NCBI RefSeq assembly: GCF_009914755.1
Contig: NC_060940.1
Reading direction: 5' to 3' (one strand)
Source of the DNA: the human T2T-CHM13v2.0 reference genome, Homo sapiens
Length of the DNA: 64,000 bases
In this document: positions 1 to 17,145 of the stretch, piece by piece
How positions within the stretch are numbered: position 1 is the first letter of the stretch
Layout: the number at the start of each line of letters is the position of its first letter
Made by a program: the position numbers and the translations under genes
The notes under the pieces: model-generated
What the model was told of the DNA's origin: nothing
The model's input: the letters and a program-made list of their open reading frames with translations, nothing else
Database searches by the model: none

Positions 1-989
1 AGTGCTGAGTGGTTTCTGCTCTCATGGAATCCAAGGTCTGCTGCTTCCGCCCCATTTCCCACCATTCCCTGCAAGCATATTGTGGTCCAGACAGTCTGGG
101 CTCTTCATGGGCTCAGAATGTTGCTTCGTTCTTCCAGGCCTTTGCACATGCTCTTCCCTTCACCTGGATCCCTTCTCTCCCTCATCTGCAGGGTGATCCC
201 CCACTTACACTTTCAAATACCATTCAAACAACTCTCCTCAATGTTTATACATCATGAGTAAATTCACCTTATCCCAGGGATTCCAGGAAAGTGTAGGGTT
301 TCTTTTTAAAGTTAGTAGAATTTACCATCCCCAGAGCAAAACAGAAAAGTCTCCAGGAGGCAGAGATGTGTGTGTGACTGACAGCAGCAGCAAGCCTGTA
401 TCAGTCACTTGTTTATGGCACCTCAGTCACCGTGCTGAGTTCTATGTCATAACTTGCTAAATCCTCCCTGCAACACTTGAGGTAGGCCCTATTGTAACCC
501 TTACCTCACAGAGGAGGAAAGGGAGGCACAGAGAGGCTTTGTAACTTGCCCAAGCTCACACAGCTGGCAAGCGGCAGAAGCAAGGGTCGATCTCAGACCA
601 TCTTTACACCAGCATGCTGTACTGAATGAATGACTGAATGAATGCAACCAGCAACACCAAAATGATGCAAGATCTAGAGAGAAGAGAGCCCTACTGAGCC
701 AGTTCCTGCAGCGTGAGAGAAGGTCCCGGATGGCCAGTTAAAGGGTCTGGCTACAGATGGCAGAGATGGCAGTCGAGGATGGGCACCTGCTGTGTGAAGC
801 AGGCTCCCAGGGCCCTGCTGTCCTCCTTCGCTTGGGTTCCCATGGCCAAGGGCCAGCCTCTGCCTTCCCATATCTCACGATACTGCAACTGCATGTTCAT
901 GCGCCTGCCTCTCCCACTTCAGACGCAGGGCCAGGGTTCCACTCAGCCCTTTCAGCCAGGACTGTTTGCCTCGCCTAGAAACAACCCAT

Positions 990-1549
<560 letters not shown>

Positions 1550-4009
1550 CCATTTTTCTTAAATAAAGGAGAGAACAGGATTCAAGACTTTAGGAGCCCT
1601 GGTGAGAACACAGCCAGATCCACTCCAGAGGCAGCCGAGCAAGAAGCCACTTCCTGTCACCAGGTCAGTGTCAGAGCAGCTGCTCAGCTGACGAGGAACT
1701 GACCGTGCACTTGCTATTTCCCTAAGGAGAGGTAGGCCTGGCCTGGACTTCCAGCTTGAACTCTGCAGACAGGACCTAAGGGGTCCCAGCCTCCAGAGTT
1801 GTGTGGGACAGGCAGCTTGTCAGGGAAGGTGATGCAGGAGGTGACGTTGAAGGGGGTGACTGTGAGTTCTGAGAGGATGTGTCTGTTATTGCTGCCTGCT
1901 GCTCTGCTCCTAGAATCCCACGGGGACCTCTGAGCTTGGGGTCTGCTGTGATCAACTAACAATGGCTTCCATGGGCATGGGATGGAGAGTGAAGGCATGC
2001 ATGTTAACTGTCCCCCATCCTGAGTAGCAGAGCCATGGGAGAAGGGAGCTGGGTAAATTACTAGCAATCAGCAGCGTATTAAGCACTTAGAATGTACTAG
2101 GCACCATGTTAAATGCTTTTCCTGCTCTATCTCATTTAATCCTTAAACTAACCCTAGGAGAGGAATGCTATTATTATTCCTCCTTTAGAAGGTCAGCACC
2201 ATGAGGAACATAATTTTCTAATCTGCACTATTAATGCTGTGTTGTCAGCACCTAAAATAGTACCTAGCACATGGCAGACACTCAATAAGTATTTGCTGGC
2301 AAATAGATTAACTCTCATTTTGCAGATGAGGAAACTGAGGCCCAGAGTTGTACGTAACTTACTATCTCAGAGCAAAACAGAAAAGTTTCCAGGATACAGA
2401 GATGTGTGTGTGTGACTGGCAGTGGCAGCAAGTAACCAGCAAGTTGCAAGCAGCTGCGTGTGTGCCCTTCCTGCGGCAACAATGCTGGGAGGGCTTTGAT
2501 CTGAGTTGCTTTGTTTTATATATGAGAGATTTGACGGGTCCAAAGAAACGAGGCTCACACAGGGTTACCTGCTGAGCCTGGGGTCCAGCCAGGTTTGCAA
2601 CCTTGAAATCCTAAGTCCCTGAGCCACTTCATTTCTATAGTTGTCAGAGAGACACGCAATCAGGTCCAGCGTGCCTTGGAGGAACAGGTTGTGGGCAATG
2701 CCAGCCTGGCTGGGGACCTCAGTGACCATTCTGTTTGAGAGTAATTCTGACCCAACAGACCCCACGACAAGAGTCAGCTCAGGCAAAACTGTGATGCACA
2801 GGAAGCCTCCTACCTGTTTCCCTCCCTCCTTCTCCATCACTCTGTCTGGGGGGCTGGTGTCTTCCTTTCATTCCAATCAAACATGATCTCTAAAAAGTGC
2901 CTGAACCTGATTAACGCTATGGTATAAATGACTACGAAAAGGTATTCATTTTTGAATCATTTCTATTTTAACAGGAATCAAAGGCTCAAGACAAAGAATA
3001 CCTCTCTAAATGGCAGAAAAAGTGTCCATTTCCAAATGATTTCTGTTTTAGCAGGAATCAAAGCCTCGAGAGAAAGAACACCTCTCTAAATAGCAGAGTG
3101 TCTACCACCATCAGCAAAAGCTACAGTGTACAGGGCTTTACGTACCAGGCACTGTTCAAAGTAGTCAGCCTGTATTCATTCACGTAATTCTCACGACGGC
3201 TCCATGAGAGAGGAATAAGCGCTTCATTTAGAGATGGAGAAACTGAGGCACAACGGAGCTAAGTTGCTGGCCCAGTTCACACAGCTGGGAGTAGCCAGGT
3301 CAGGACTCCAATCCAGGCAAAGCAGAGAGAAAAATACTGGTGAGGAGGAGGGAGGAGGAAGTGGGACGTTCCAGCTGAGGAGAGGTCTTTTTTCCTTAAT
3401 CTGATGTTAGGGGCCACCCAAGCACTGGGGCCAGACGCCCACCATGGCTCTGCGCATTTGCTGGTTTGGTGATCTGAGGACATCTGTTGCTTCTTGTCCT
3501 CTGGTTTAACAGTTACAAGTGTACAGGAGCATGTGGGCCAAGCATCCCGCGTGCGGACGTGATCTGGCTTGGCCTGCAGGCCTGCTCTTTCATGCCAGGC
3601 TGCAATTTTTTGAGATTACTCAACCTTCGGAAGGGAAGCTGGGCCAAGGACAGACCTTTGGTGAGAAGCAGGGGGAGTTTAGAGAATCAGCCCTCCTCCT
3701 CCTCCTCCTCCCAGCCTCCTCCCCCAGGAGACTCGGACTTGGAAACACCCAGCAGGGAAAATTGCTGCAGCAGCAGGTAGCAGTTATTATGGGACCTGGA
3801 CCGCCCCTTCCAGGCCCAGCTGTTCTCTGGGAAAGCCTGGCGGCAGCTCTCACACCCTCTTCCAAATGGTCTTCAGAGGGAGACGGAGATGCTCCTCGCC
3901 CCGCCTGTTGATCTTCACCACTGCAACCTCCTGTGTCCCAGGCATGGTCAGCTTGCAGCCCTGGGGGCGGCTTCTGGTGTTCTGGTGAACTGGTTAACTG
4001 GGCACTGGC

Positions 4010-4200
4010 ATAGATAGCCTGGGTTTCTCATCCTGGTTCACGTGCTTACCAGCTGTGTGATATCGGGTGAGTCATCTAATCATTCAGAACCTCAGTTTCC
4101 TCATCTGTAAAGTGGGGAGAACAATAGCATTGACCATAGGTTACTGTGAGGATTAGACAGGGGAGGGAGCAGAGCAGTTAGCACAGGGCCTGTGCATGAA
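4010..4200. mobile_element. MIR
   Basis: MIR core cctcagtttcctcatctgtaaagtgggga. Confidence 0.8.
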
Positions 4201-4390
4201 TTATGATCAAACTAGGCCTAACTTGCCCAGGCCCCGCCCCATGTTTTTGCTATTCTGGGCTTCCAGATGGTGTGCCTCTTTCACTGGGTACTCTTCTGTG
4301 ACATTTGTTTCTGCACAGAGGTATTGAGGATGGAGATAACCTAAGCCTGGAGTGGTCGTCTTTGGTGACAGTGGCAATTGTTCCACCCAG

Positions 4391-4398
4391 GAAAGAAA

Positions 4399-4484
<86 letters not shown>

Positions 4485-4612
4485 AAGAAAGAAAGAAACG
4501 AAGGAAGGAAGGAAAAGAAAGAGGAAAGAAGGAAGGAAGGAAGAAGGGAAGGAAGGAAAGAAGGAAGGAAGGAAAGAAGGAAGGAGAGAGAAAGGAAGAA
4601 AAAAGGAAAAAA
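4391..4612. repeat. Compound purine microsatellite (GAAA)n(GA)n(GGAA)n
   Basis: Directly visible ~220 bp almost pure A/G. Confidence 0.97.
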
Positions 4613-5817
4613 GGCACCATGTTGGGGAGAGAGTGTGCAAAAGAAAGGAACAAGCTTTTCTCCTGCTTTTTTGGAACAAAAGGTGGCCCACATTTTCATC
4701 CTGCACTGGGCCATGCAAAACATATAGCTGGCTGGCTCCATCGGATGGTGCCTGAATCTCAGAAGTGACAGTGTTGAGCCGCTGTTGGGGGCACCAATTA
4801 GGACAGGCTTTCAGGGGAGAGGCATGGTTTAGGGTCTTACAAATATGCAGACCTTTGGAGCCAGCAATTCCCCTTCACTGTCAGAGATGTGCATATGGAT
4901 GTGTGAGCAAGGATGTTCACCACGGCATGATTCATAATAGAGACACCAGCTGGATGCCCAACAATGGGGGGAGGTCAAGGGCACAATCCATACTGAAGGA
5001 TCAGGCACAGCCATTAAACATCATGTCATCAACGAGGACTTACTGACATGTGAAAAACTCATGACATTTGCAAAATGGGGAAAAAGTCAGCTACCAAGGA
5101 GTGTGCACCATAGGATCTCATTTGCATAGGCGTGCAGGGAATATATGCAGGAGAAAAATATTGAGCTGGTTTATCCTTAAATGCCAATAGCTGTTCTCCT
5201 CAGGTGGGTTATGTTTTCCTCTTCTGGGCCTGTTTTCCAACTGTCTGCACTGAGCACACATCACTGTCATCAGTGCACTGAGGTACTGTTGGGCAGTGGC
5301 CAAGGCTAGGGCTGCAGACACTGGAGGCAGACTCCCTGGGTTCAAAGCCCAGCTCTGCTCCTTACGAGTTCTGGGACCTTGAGCAAGGGATTTAACTTCT
5401 CCAGGACTCAGCTTCCCCATCTGCAAACAGGGAAAGTAATGATACCTTCCTCAAAGGATCAAGGTATTAACTCACCATGATAGGGTCATGGCTGATTGAC
5501 TTGTTTGGCTGTCTTCCTAAAACCCCTGAAATTTTCTTCTTTATATCCCTGGCACCTACCACAGTGCCAGGCTTACAGCAGGTGTTCCTGAAAAGTCTGC
5601 TGAATGAACGAAGGAGGGAGTGCATGAATTCATGTAAGGATGGAGATCCACATCCCAGGGTACAGAGATAGTATCAAATGAGTTAATACATGCAGAGGGC
5701 TTACAGCACTGCCTAGTGCTTAGAAAACTGGAATTATCATTATGGCAAAGAAATTGTGTAAGAGGAAAATGTTGAGAGAACAATATGAACCAATTTTTTT
5801 GAATGATGTAGAAATGA

Positions 5818-6123
<306 letters not shown>

Positions 6124-7095
6124 GTTTGGTTTTTTGTTTTGAACTTTTCTGTATTGAGAGTAGCTGAGTAAAGCATGCATTACTTTTATAATTTGGGAGG
6201 ACACAAAACGTTACTGAAAGAAAAAGACTGAGAGAGTGGTTCACAAAGTGCTGTTGGGGAACGCAGGGTGAAGCCAAGTTAGCCGAGTCCACACCGTTTT
6301 CATGTCAAGGTCATGTGTGGATGAGCTTGTCTTAGGCCCTTACTCCGGCCCCCATACACCAGGTTGCACGTCTTCTCATTCATGATGAACACAACACCCG
6401 GAAGGCCGATGTTCATGCTGAGTTATAGGCTCTACAGCGAAATCTCTTGTTAGATAAATAGATAGATAGATAGATAGATAGCATAGATACCCATATATAG
6501 AGGTGCATGTATCCATTTATCTATATAAGAGTTATAGGCTCTTAAAATATCTACAGCTAAATCTCTTGTTAGACAGATAAATAGATATGATAGATACCCA
6601 TATATAGAGGGGCATGTATCTATTTATCTACCTATATCTATTTATCAAGAGAATCTTTAACTCTAGCTGTAAAAAAGAATATGTCCAACTCTTGGTGCTC
6701 CGTGTATTGCCCCAACACAGTACTCACCACGCTAGGACCATTGCTGATTGACTTGTTTTCCTGTCTTCCTAAGAGCCCTGAAAGTTTCTTCTTTGTATCC
6801 CTGGCACCTACTACAGTGCCGGCCACACAGCAGGTGTTCCTGAAAAGTCTGTTGGATGAATGAGAGGCAGTGCATGAATTCATGTCAGAACAGAGATCCA
6901 TCCACATGTCGGTATGGAGACAGAATAACAGGAGGATTAGCTTTGTCTGGGGTAGGGACAGGTCCAGGAAGGGTCAAAGACAGGCAAGTAAGGCTTGGCA
7001 GGGTGAATGTGTACAGTCCCCAAAGAAAAGGGGAGAGAGAGAGAGAGAGATGGGGGACAGCAATCCAGTCAGTGAGAACATCATTTAAAGATCCT

Positions 7096-7893
<798 letters not shown>

Positions 7894-8389
7894 TACACAA
7901 AAGAAATCGCTGATCCTTCAGCAGCCATTTCCCACTCCAGCAACTCCCCGCCCCTGGCAACCACTCATCTACTTTCTGTCTCTATGGATTGGCTTGTTCC
8001 GGACATTTCACATACACGGAATCATGCAGTGTGTGGTCTTTTGTGTCTGGCTTCTTTCACTAAGTATTACATCTCCAAGGTTCATCCCGCTGTAGCATGA
8101 GCGAAGTGTGACAATTGATAGATTGATCGATGAAGGTTACATTCATTCATTCCATACACATTTACTGAGCACCTACTGTGTGCCAGTCTTGGCGACGACC
8201 CAGTCAGGAATAGAACTAACAGTAAACCCTGCCCTGGAGGGCTTCTGGTAGGGAGGAGAGACAATAAACCGAATAAACTAGTACATTATTTGGAATATTA
8301 GACGCTGATAAGAGCTCAAGTGAAGCATGGGGTTGGAAGTTGGGTGCAGAGAGAGGGGCTGTGACTTCGAGCAGAGCGGTCAGCAAAGG

Positions 8390-9600
8390 CCTCGCCGCAG
8401 GGTGGCCGCAGGGACGCTCCCGCTCAGCCCGGAAGGAGGCGAGAGGCGCGGTGCCCGTCCCGGCGACTCTGGGCCAGCAAAGAGCTCCCAGCGCACGCGT
8501 CGGTGCCTCGAGGCCCGGGACCCTGCGTGTCTGGTCCCCGCCGTGGCCCTGCGTCCGTGACGGTGGGTGGCACCAGGGAGCATTTCGCGCGGCGGGGCTG
8601 GGGCCTGCCTTTGAAGGGACGGAGTCGGGCGTCGTGGTGGGGTGGACACCGGGGATCCCCGGGGCGCGGACGAGGGGGGCGTCCACCCTGCGAGCTCACC
8701 CCACGGCCCCCGCGTCCCGCCCTCAGCCGCAGGCCCCGCCCCGCGCCGCCCGGCCCCGCCTCCCCGCGGCCGCCGCCATTGGCCGCGCGCGCCGCCTCCG
8801 CCCTCGGCCTCGCACTTCCTGGCGGAGCCATGGCTGCGCAGCGGGCTGGCCGGGGGTCTCCTGAACCCGGGCCCCGCCGCCCCGACCGCCCGGCCCCGCC
8901 GCCGGGGCTGTCCCCGCCGCGTCCGTAGCGCGTCCTGCCAGGTGGGCCTCCGCGCGCGCCCACCCTCCAGCCCGGGACCGCCAGGAAGCCGCGCCCGGCC
9001 GGGGCGGGGAGCTGGCGGAGATCGGGAGGGTCCCCGGCCACCGCGAGCCGCGACCCCCCTGCGCCCCTTGGTGCCGGGGCGGGCGGGTGGGCGAGTGGGG
9101 GCGCCGCGGCCGGGGGAGGGGCCGCCGCCCCCGCAGGTGACACAGGTGCGGCCTGTGCGGACCGCCCCGCGCGTGGCAGGTGAGTGGCCCCCGCCCCGGG
9201 CCGTCCCGACTCCGCCTCCTCGCCGCCGGCTGGAGCCTGCTGGGCGGCCGTTGCGCTGAGTTCCGCCTGGGCTGCGGGGTCCGAGCGAACGACAGCGGCG
9301 TCCCCGGAGACCCCGCCGGCGAGCCGGTGTCAGCAGCGTCGCTTTCTCCAACGCTGAGGTCGGGAGGGAGCTTGGGGAGGAGGCGCTCTGGGAAACCCCC
9401 GGCCGGACGGGGCCTGCGGTCCCATGTTTACTGGAAGACCTTTTCCAGTGACCTGGGATTGTCACTGTGCTTGGGGGTGGCCTTGACCCTTCACCTGCTT
9501 CCAAAAAGCGTCGGAGGCCGCTGACGTCCAACACGGGTGGAAATCAGACCCCACCCCCACGCACTTGCAGGAGACAGCAGGGAGCCTCCGGCCCCGCGAA
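8390..9600. promoter_or_regulatory. KLHL36: CpG island / promoter of KLHL36
   Basis: Very GC- and CpG-rich; GC boxes (ccccgccccg ~8734-8760), GCCGCCATT (YY1-like) and inverted CCAAT at ~8772-8782, ETS CACTTCCTGG at ~8813. Confidence 0.9.
8800..8941 (+). other. KLHL36: KLHL36 non-coding exon 1 (5'UTR; start approximate)
   Basis: Downstream of promoter motifs; ends at donor CAG|gtgggc (8941/8942); TSS not determinable from sequence. Confidence 0.65.
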
Positions 9601-11159
9601 CTCTCTCTAGGTATCTTGGCCTAGAAAATAAAGCGTTGAGCGTTAGAAGGCCTGGTTGATTCTGGGCAGGCTGCCTGGGGCGGTGGAGAGAGAGGGCACC
9701 TGCTGCTTGCTGTTCTGTGACCTTGGGCAACCCCCCCTGGGGCACCCGAGCGCCAGGTCTCACTGTGGGAACGACGGTGTCACCTCTCAGCGTGAAGGTG
9801 GAATGAAGTCGAGTCCGCGGTGGGCACCGCACCAACGCTGGGTTTCTTCTCTTCCCTCTCTGGGCTCTCCAGCATCCTAGGGGAGGGCTGGGGTGGGAAC
9901 AGCTTGTCATTGTCACAAAGTTTCTAGTTTGTCGAGAGGAATCCAGTTGCCCCTTCTCTCCCTAGGGGAGTTGCACGGGACGGACTGTGCCCGAATTCAT
10001 TCCTTCCATGGGAACACTGGAGTGCCCTCCCTGTGTCCCCAGTTATCTAAGAACAGTGCTGACTTCTTGTCACATTGTTCTTTATTAGTGAAGACTATTT
10101 GTTCAATAGGTAACAAACTCTTCTCATGAACTCAAATAGCGGGGGAAAAAAATCCTCTTTAAAACCTTCGTCTCAGTATGTGACTTGTGCTAATATTAGT
10201 TGGCAAAGTCCCTTCTCTGTGTTCCCTTCCATCTTTGAAGCACCTGCCCCTCCCCCTGCCTCCCCCGCCCCCCACACACCAAAGCTTAACTCTGTCTGCA
10301 GTGATCCCCCACCCAAGAGCCAGGCAGTGTAGCCTAAGAGTTAAGAGCATGGGCGCTTCCCTGAGCTGGAATCCCAATTCTGCCAGTTCCCAGCTGTGTG
10401 ACGCCGGGCAGCTTATTTCACCTCACTGCTCTCAGCATCCTCCAGTCACAGTGCTGGCCTCATGGGGTTGCAGTGGGGACTAAGTGAAGATGCAGAGAAG
10501 CACTTGGGGACAGTGTGTGTCTAGAATGTACTGTGTACATGGTAGTCATCACTGTACCACATCCTCATCTGCATCATGATATTTTTAAAGTGTGATACTC
10601 TCGAACCCGGGCCTCATTCAGCAGCGTGTCATGGTGATGGATCCAGGTTTTGAAGCTGGACAGACCGAGGCGTGATTCTCGGCCGTTTACTAGCTTTGTG
10701 ACCATGAGATCAATATCCTCATCTGTGAAATGAAATAAGTGATATCAGCCTGGCCAAGTATAATCTTTGTGGGGGTTAAATGAGATGGCACACTTAAGTC
10801 ACTTAGCTTGGTTCGAGGGCTGTAGTCTGGGCTCCGAAATGATAACTTATCATTATAACCTTGATGTAGCCAAAAGGTAATTATTTGTAGGAAGTGAACC
10901 AAATGACATGATATCAGATTTTAGATGATAAAGGAATGGGAGTTAAATGTTCTGTCCAATTCTAACAACCCGATGATTTCTCAACTCGGTGTAAAAGAGT
11001 TCTTTGTAGTGCACGGTCCTCCCTCCCTCCTTCTTCCGTGTGACTGTTTTCACTGTCATCCTTGGTATCTGCTAGCAGGGCCTGAAATTAATGAATGACC
11101 TAGAGTTATGACTGCATGCTCAGAAATCCTGTTCTTCTCCTAGGGCTGAAATCTCTTTA

Positions 11160-11222
11160 ATGATGGAGGGAAGCAGGCAGACGCGAGTGTCTCGGCCATA
11201 CAAGATCAGCGAATCATCAAAG
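11160..11222 (+). CDS. KLHL36: KLHL36 coding exon (exon 2; exon starts 11144), MMEGSRQTRVSRPYKISESSK
   Basis: Acceptor ttcttctcctag|g at 11143/11144; ATGATG at 11160; donor AAG|gtctgt; phase 0 matches next exon. Confidence 0.92.
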
Positions 11223-12566
11223 GTCTGTGAATGTTCACTCACCACCTATGCAAATTGCCTAAGAAGTGTGATCCTTTTTCTGATTCACTCATTTCTAATC
11301 ACAGACTGATTTTTTTGTCATTGGTGTTGTCAGTCTCCTTAATGACAAGTAAAGGTGGAAACGGGCAAGGAGCAGAAATTGTCATAAAATCAGACAGTGG
11401 GAAGTATGAGGGATGGTAGAGACGCTATGGCCAGATGTCTTCATTTTTCCATGTGACATTCCGGAGCTTTCTTTTTGTGACAACTTGACTCATTCGTTAA
11501 CCCAAGGAGGTGGATGGGACAGGAAGAAAACTGGGATTCCCATGCCTGCTTGGGGGCTCAAAAACTCCAAGGACAGGTCCATTGAGAACCCAGCCTTCTA
11601 CCTTAGGGTGAGGGCAACACACCGTGTACCCGGACCCCAAGGGCCTGGAGTCGTCTTCCCTGGTCATGATTCCCTGCGACCTAAGAGCAAGTGAGGGCAA
11701 GTTCCCCAGAGCCAGGCTACTGGGGGAGTTCTAATTAGAAATATGTAGCCTGTTCCCACCAGCCACATTAAAATCCAAGAGCCAGACCCGGCTGCTATAC
11801 TTTCCACAAACTCCTGTCCCCACAGCTGCTGTTGGTAAAGAGTGGGGGAGCCATTGGTATGAGGTTCCTGGTAACCTGTTTCCCCGTTATAAATATTCGT
11901 AATGCCCTCTGTTCTTTAGAGGTATCCCTTTTGGAGATTAAATCTTATGGTTACCTCAGATCATGGATTCTCAATGAGTATGATATTGCCCTGAAGTGGG
12001 AGAAAATTGGTTCTCGGGAGGGTGGAAGGAATTTTACTCCTTTTATGCATAAGACACAATTATACATACAGTACATGAGCAGACATACAGTGCATCTGTG
12101 ATGTTAAGATTTTGCTGGGGAGGCTATTAGGGAAAAAAATCTTAAAAGCCTTCTTGTGGGGCAATAATGAAAAAAGATACAGAAACACTTCTTTTGATGA
12201 AGGGAGCTGGCAGCAGCCTATAGAGTTGAGAAAAAGGGGGAAAGAGATTCTACAGATTCTAAAAGAAAAACTGGCTGTCATTTTCAAGAGAGGTTGGCTC
12301 TCTTGAGATATGACCTCCTGTTCTCACGTGAGTTCCCCAAGAAGGTTCCTGCCAAGCCCAGCTTTATCGATTGTGAAAACCCAGAGAGGTCTCGCCGCTC
12401 GCTCACAAGGGCTTTGTTTGGGAGCTTAGCTTGGGAGACACTGCTGCTTTCTAAGTTTGACAGCACTGGAAGTCTTTGTCCATTAATGCCAGGACCCTGA
12501 GTTTGTTTCTGTCTGAACTGAATCTCTTAGGACTAGGCTTCTGTATCACTGGATGATGTTTCTAAC

Positions 12567-12860
12567 TTTTTTTTTTTTTCGAGACAGGGTCTTGCTCTGT
12601 CACTTAGGTTGGAGTACAGTGGTGCGATCATAGCTCACTGCAGCCTCTACCTCCTGGGCTCAAGTGAGCCTCCCACCTCAGCCTCCTGAGGAGCTGGGAA
12701 TACAGGTGCATGCCACCATGCCCAGCTAATTTTTGTATTTTTAGTAGAGACGGGGTTTCACCATGTTGGCCAGGATGGTCTTGATCTCTTGACCTCGTGA
12801 CCCGCCAGCCTTGGCCTCCCAAAGTGCTGGGATTACAGGCGCGAGCCACCATGACTGGCC
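12567..12860 (-). mobile_element. Alu (chimeric arms), TSD tgtttctaactttt
   Basis: Alu reverse complement flanked by direct repeats at 12557 and 12861. Confidence 0.93.
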
Positions 12861-13228
12861 TGTTTCTAACTTTTTATTTTTAAAAAGTGTACCCATTAAT
12901 TTCTAGACATTAAACACACCTATGTTGCCAGCACCCAGATGGGTAAAAAACAGAATACTACCAAACCCTCCCAGTTGTTACACTCAAGATAGTCGCTGTC
13001 CCAACCCCACCGCTGTGGTTTGATCTGCTTTTGAACTTTGTCTAAACGGGATCCGAGGTCGGGTACTCTTGTGTGTGGTTTCTTTTGTGCAACATTGTGC
13101 CTCTGAGCCTCACCCGTGTTGCTGCATGTAGTTGGTAGTGGTAGGTTTTGCTTTCTCAGCATGTTGGTGTCTTCCCACTGTGTGGCCACAGTGTCTGTTC
13201 ACCTGTCTGCCCTAAGATGTGTTGCTCA

Positions 13229-13519
13229 GCCAGGCACAGTGGCTCACGCCTGTAATCCCAGCACCCTGGGAGGCCGAGGCGGGAGGATCTCGTAAGCTCG
13301 GAGTTTGAGACCAGCTTGGACAACACGGCTAAACCTCATCTCTACAAAAGATACAAAAATTAGCCGAGCCTGGTGGCATACACCTGTAGTCCCAGCTCCT
13401 CAGGAGGCCGAGGTGGGAGGCTCACTTGAGCCCAGGAGGTAGAGGTTGCAGTGAGCTATGATCGCACCACTGTACTCCAACCTAAGTGACAGAGCGAGAC
13501 CCTGTCTCAAAAAAAAAAA
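13229..13519 (+). mobile_element. AluJ-like
   Basis: Full-length Alu with A-tail. Confidence 0.93.
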
Positions 13520-13771
13520 GTGTTGTTCCTTTTTGATGCTAAATTCTTTTTCCACGTCTAATACCTGGTACCTGCCGCCTCCTCCCAGGTGTAAGCCCCC
13601 GACAACCTGAGTTTCTCCCTCTACTTGGCCTTGCATCTGATTAAGGCACTGAAATAGGAAATAAAGAAATGAACAAGACTCATATCATCAGAGAATGCTG
13701 TGGATTGGAGCTTCTAAGTTACCTGAAATGCGGAAACTCTGTTACCAATGTCCCTTTATAATTGGGAAATA

Positions 13772-14258
<487 letters not shown>

Positions 14259-14656
14259 TTAGAGCAGAAACCCAGTTTTGGAAACAACACTGCTCTTGCC
14301 CCCTGCCCCAGCTCACTGGAGCTGGTGTCTCCCCTCGGCAGCCGTTCACTGGGGCTTTCCCCAGTCCTGCCCCCTGGGCTCTTTCCCTTTTGACACTGCA
14401 GTCTGGGGTTGTGTGTATCTCCGTCTAAGCATGGTAGGGCCAGCACCCTCACCAGCGTGGAGACAGCCAGGGTCCCCGGGTGGCAGATAGCCGCCTCATG
14501 CCCTCATATGCGTCTCTCAGGCCGCTAAGCCTGTACTATGACTTGATCACCGCCACTGTAGTACTTTTTAATTTCCTTCCTTCAGCTCACACCCAAGAGG
14601 GGCCTCCAGTCAATGTCTGTAGAAGCACTGACCATTCCTGCATAATTAGAAGCTGA

Positions 14657-15280
<624 letters not shown>

Positions 15281-15659
15281 ATTTAAAAGCCCAGTGTAGG
15301 CCAGCCTGGCTCTCTTTGTGGGTAACCAGGATAAATAGAGATCTCCACGTGTGTGACCTGTGAACTGAAAAGCCAGCCTGGAATGGAAGAGCGGGAGAGC
15401 CCGTCCTCTGAACTCAGAAGGAAATGCCAAGTCGGATCTGTCTGGCATCCTCCACAGGCTGTGAGAATGTGGCCTGCTCCTGTAGCATGGACAGAGAAGT
15501 TGCTGTTGGAATTGACTGGATGTGGAAATACCACAGGGAAATAAAGTGTCTCAATGACAAACGCATGTATGGCAACAAAAAGAAGATTTGAAAGGGAAGA
15601 AAAAAATAAAACCCACTGCTGTAGGACACATGTTAAGAAGCAACTTTTAAGAATTCAGA

Positions 15660-16939
<1,280 letters not shown>

Positions 16940-17145
16940 TTATATTAATAAGAGAAGGAAAAAAAAAACCACGATACACAGGCATACTCAGAAACACCTG
17001 TACTTCCTGCAGTGCCCTCTGATGCAGCATTTTATTTCCTGTTTTCTTCAGTTTCATTTTGTTGAAAATGCTGGTCAGGACCCACTGGGTTGGACCAGGG
17101 CCGAGCAGGCTGCTGCGCCGTTTCTAATGTGTCTTTTCTGTCCAG

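Noticed and set aside
4207-4768. Lys/Glu/Arg-rich and Phe/Leu/Ser-rich ORFs
   Set aside because: Translations of the purine microsatellite
8216-9534. Long overlapping ORFs (up to 384 aa) on both strands
   Set aside because: Low-complexity Arg/Gly/Pro translations expected from stop-poor CpG-island DNA; no domain signature
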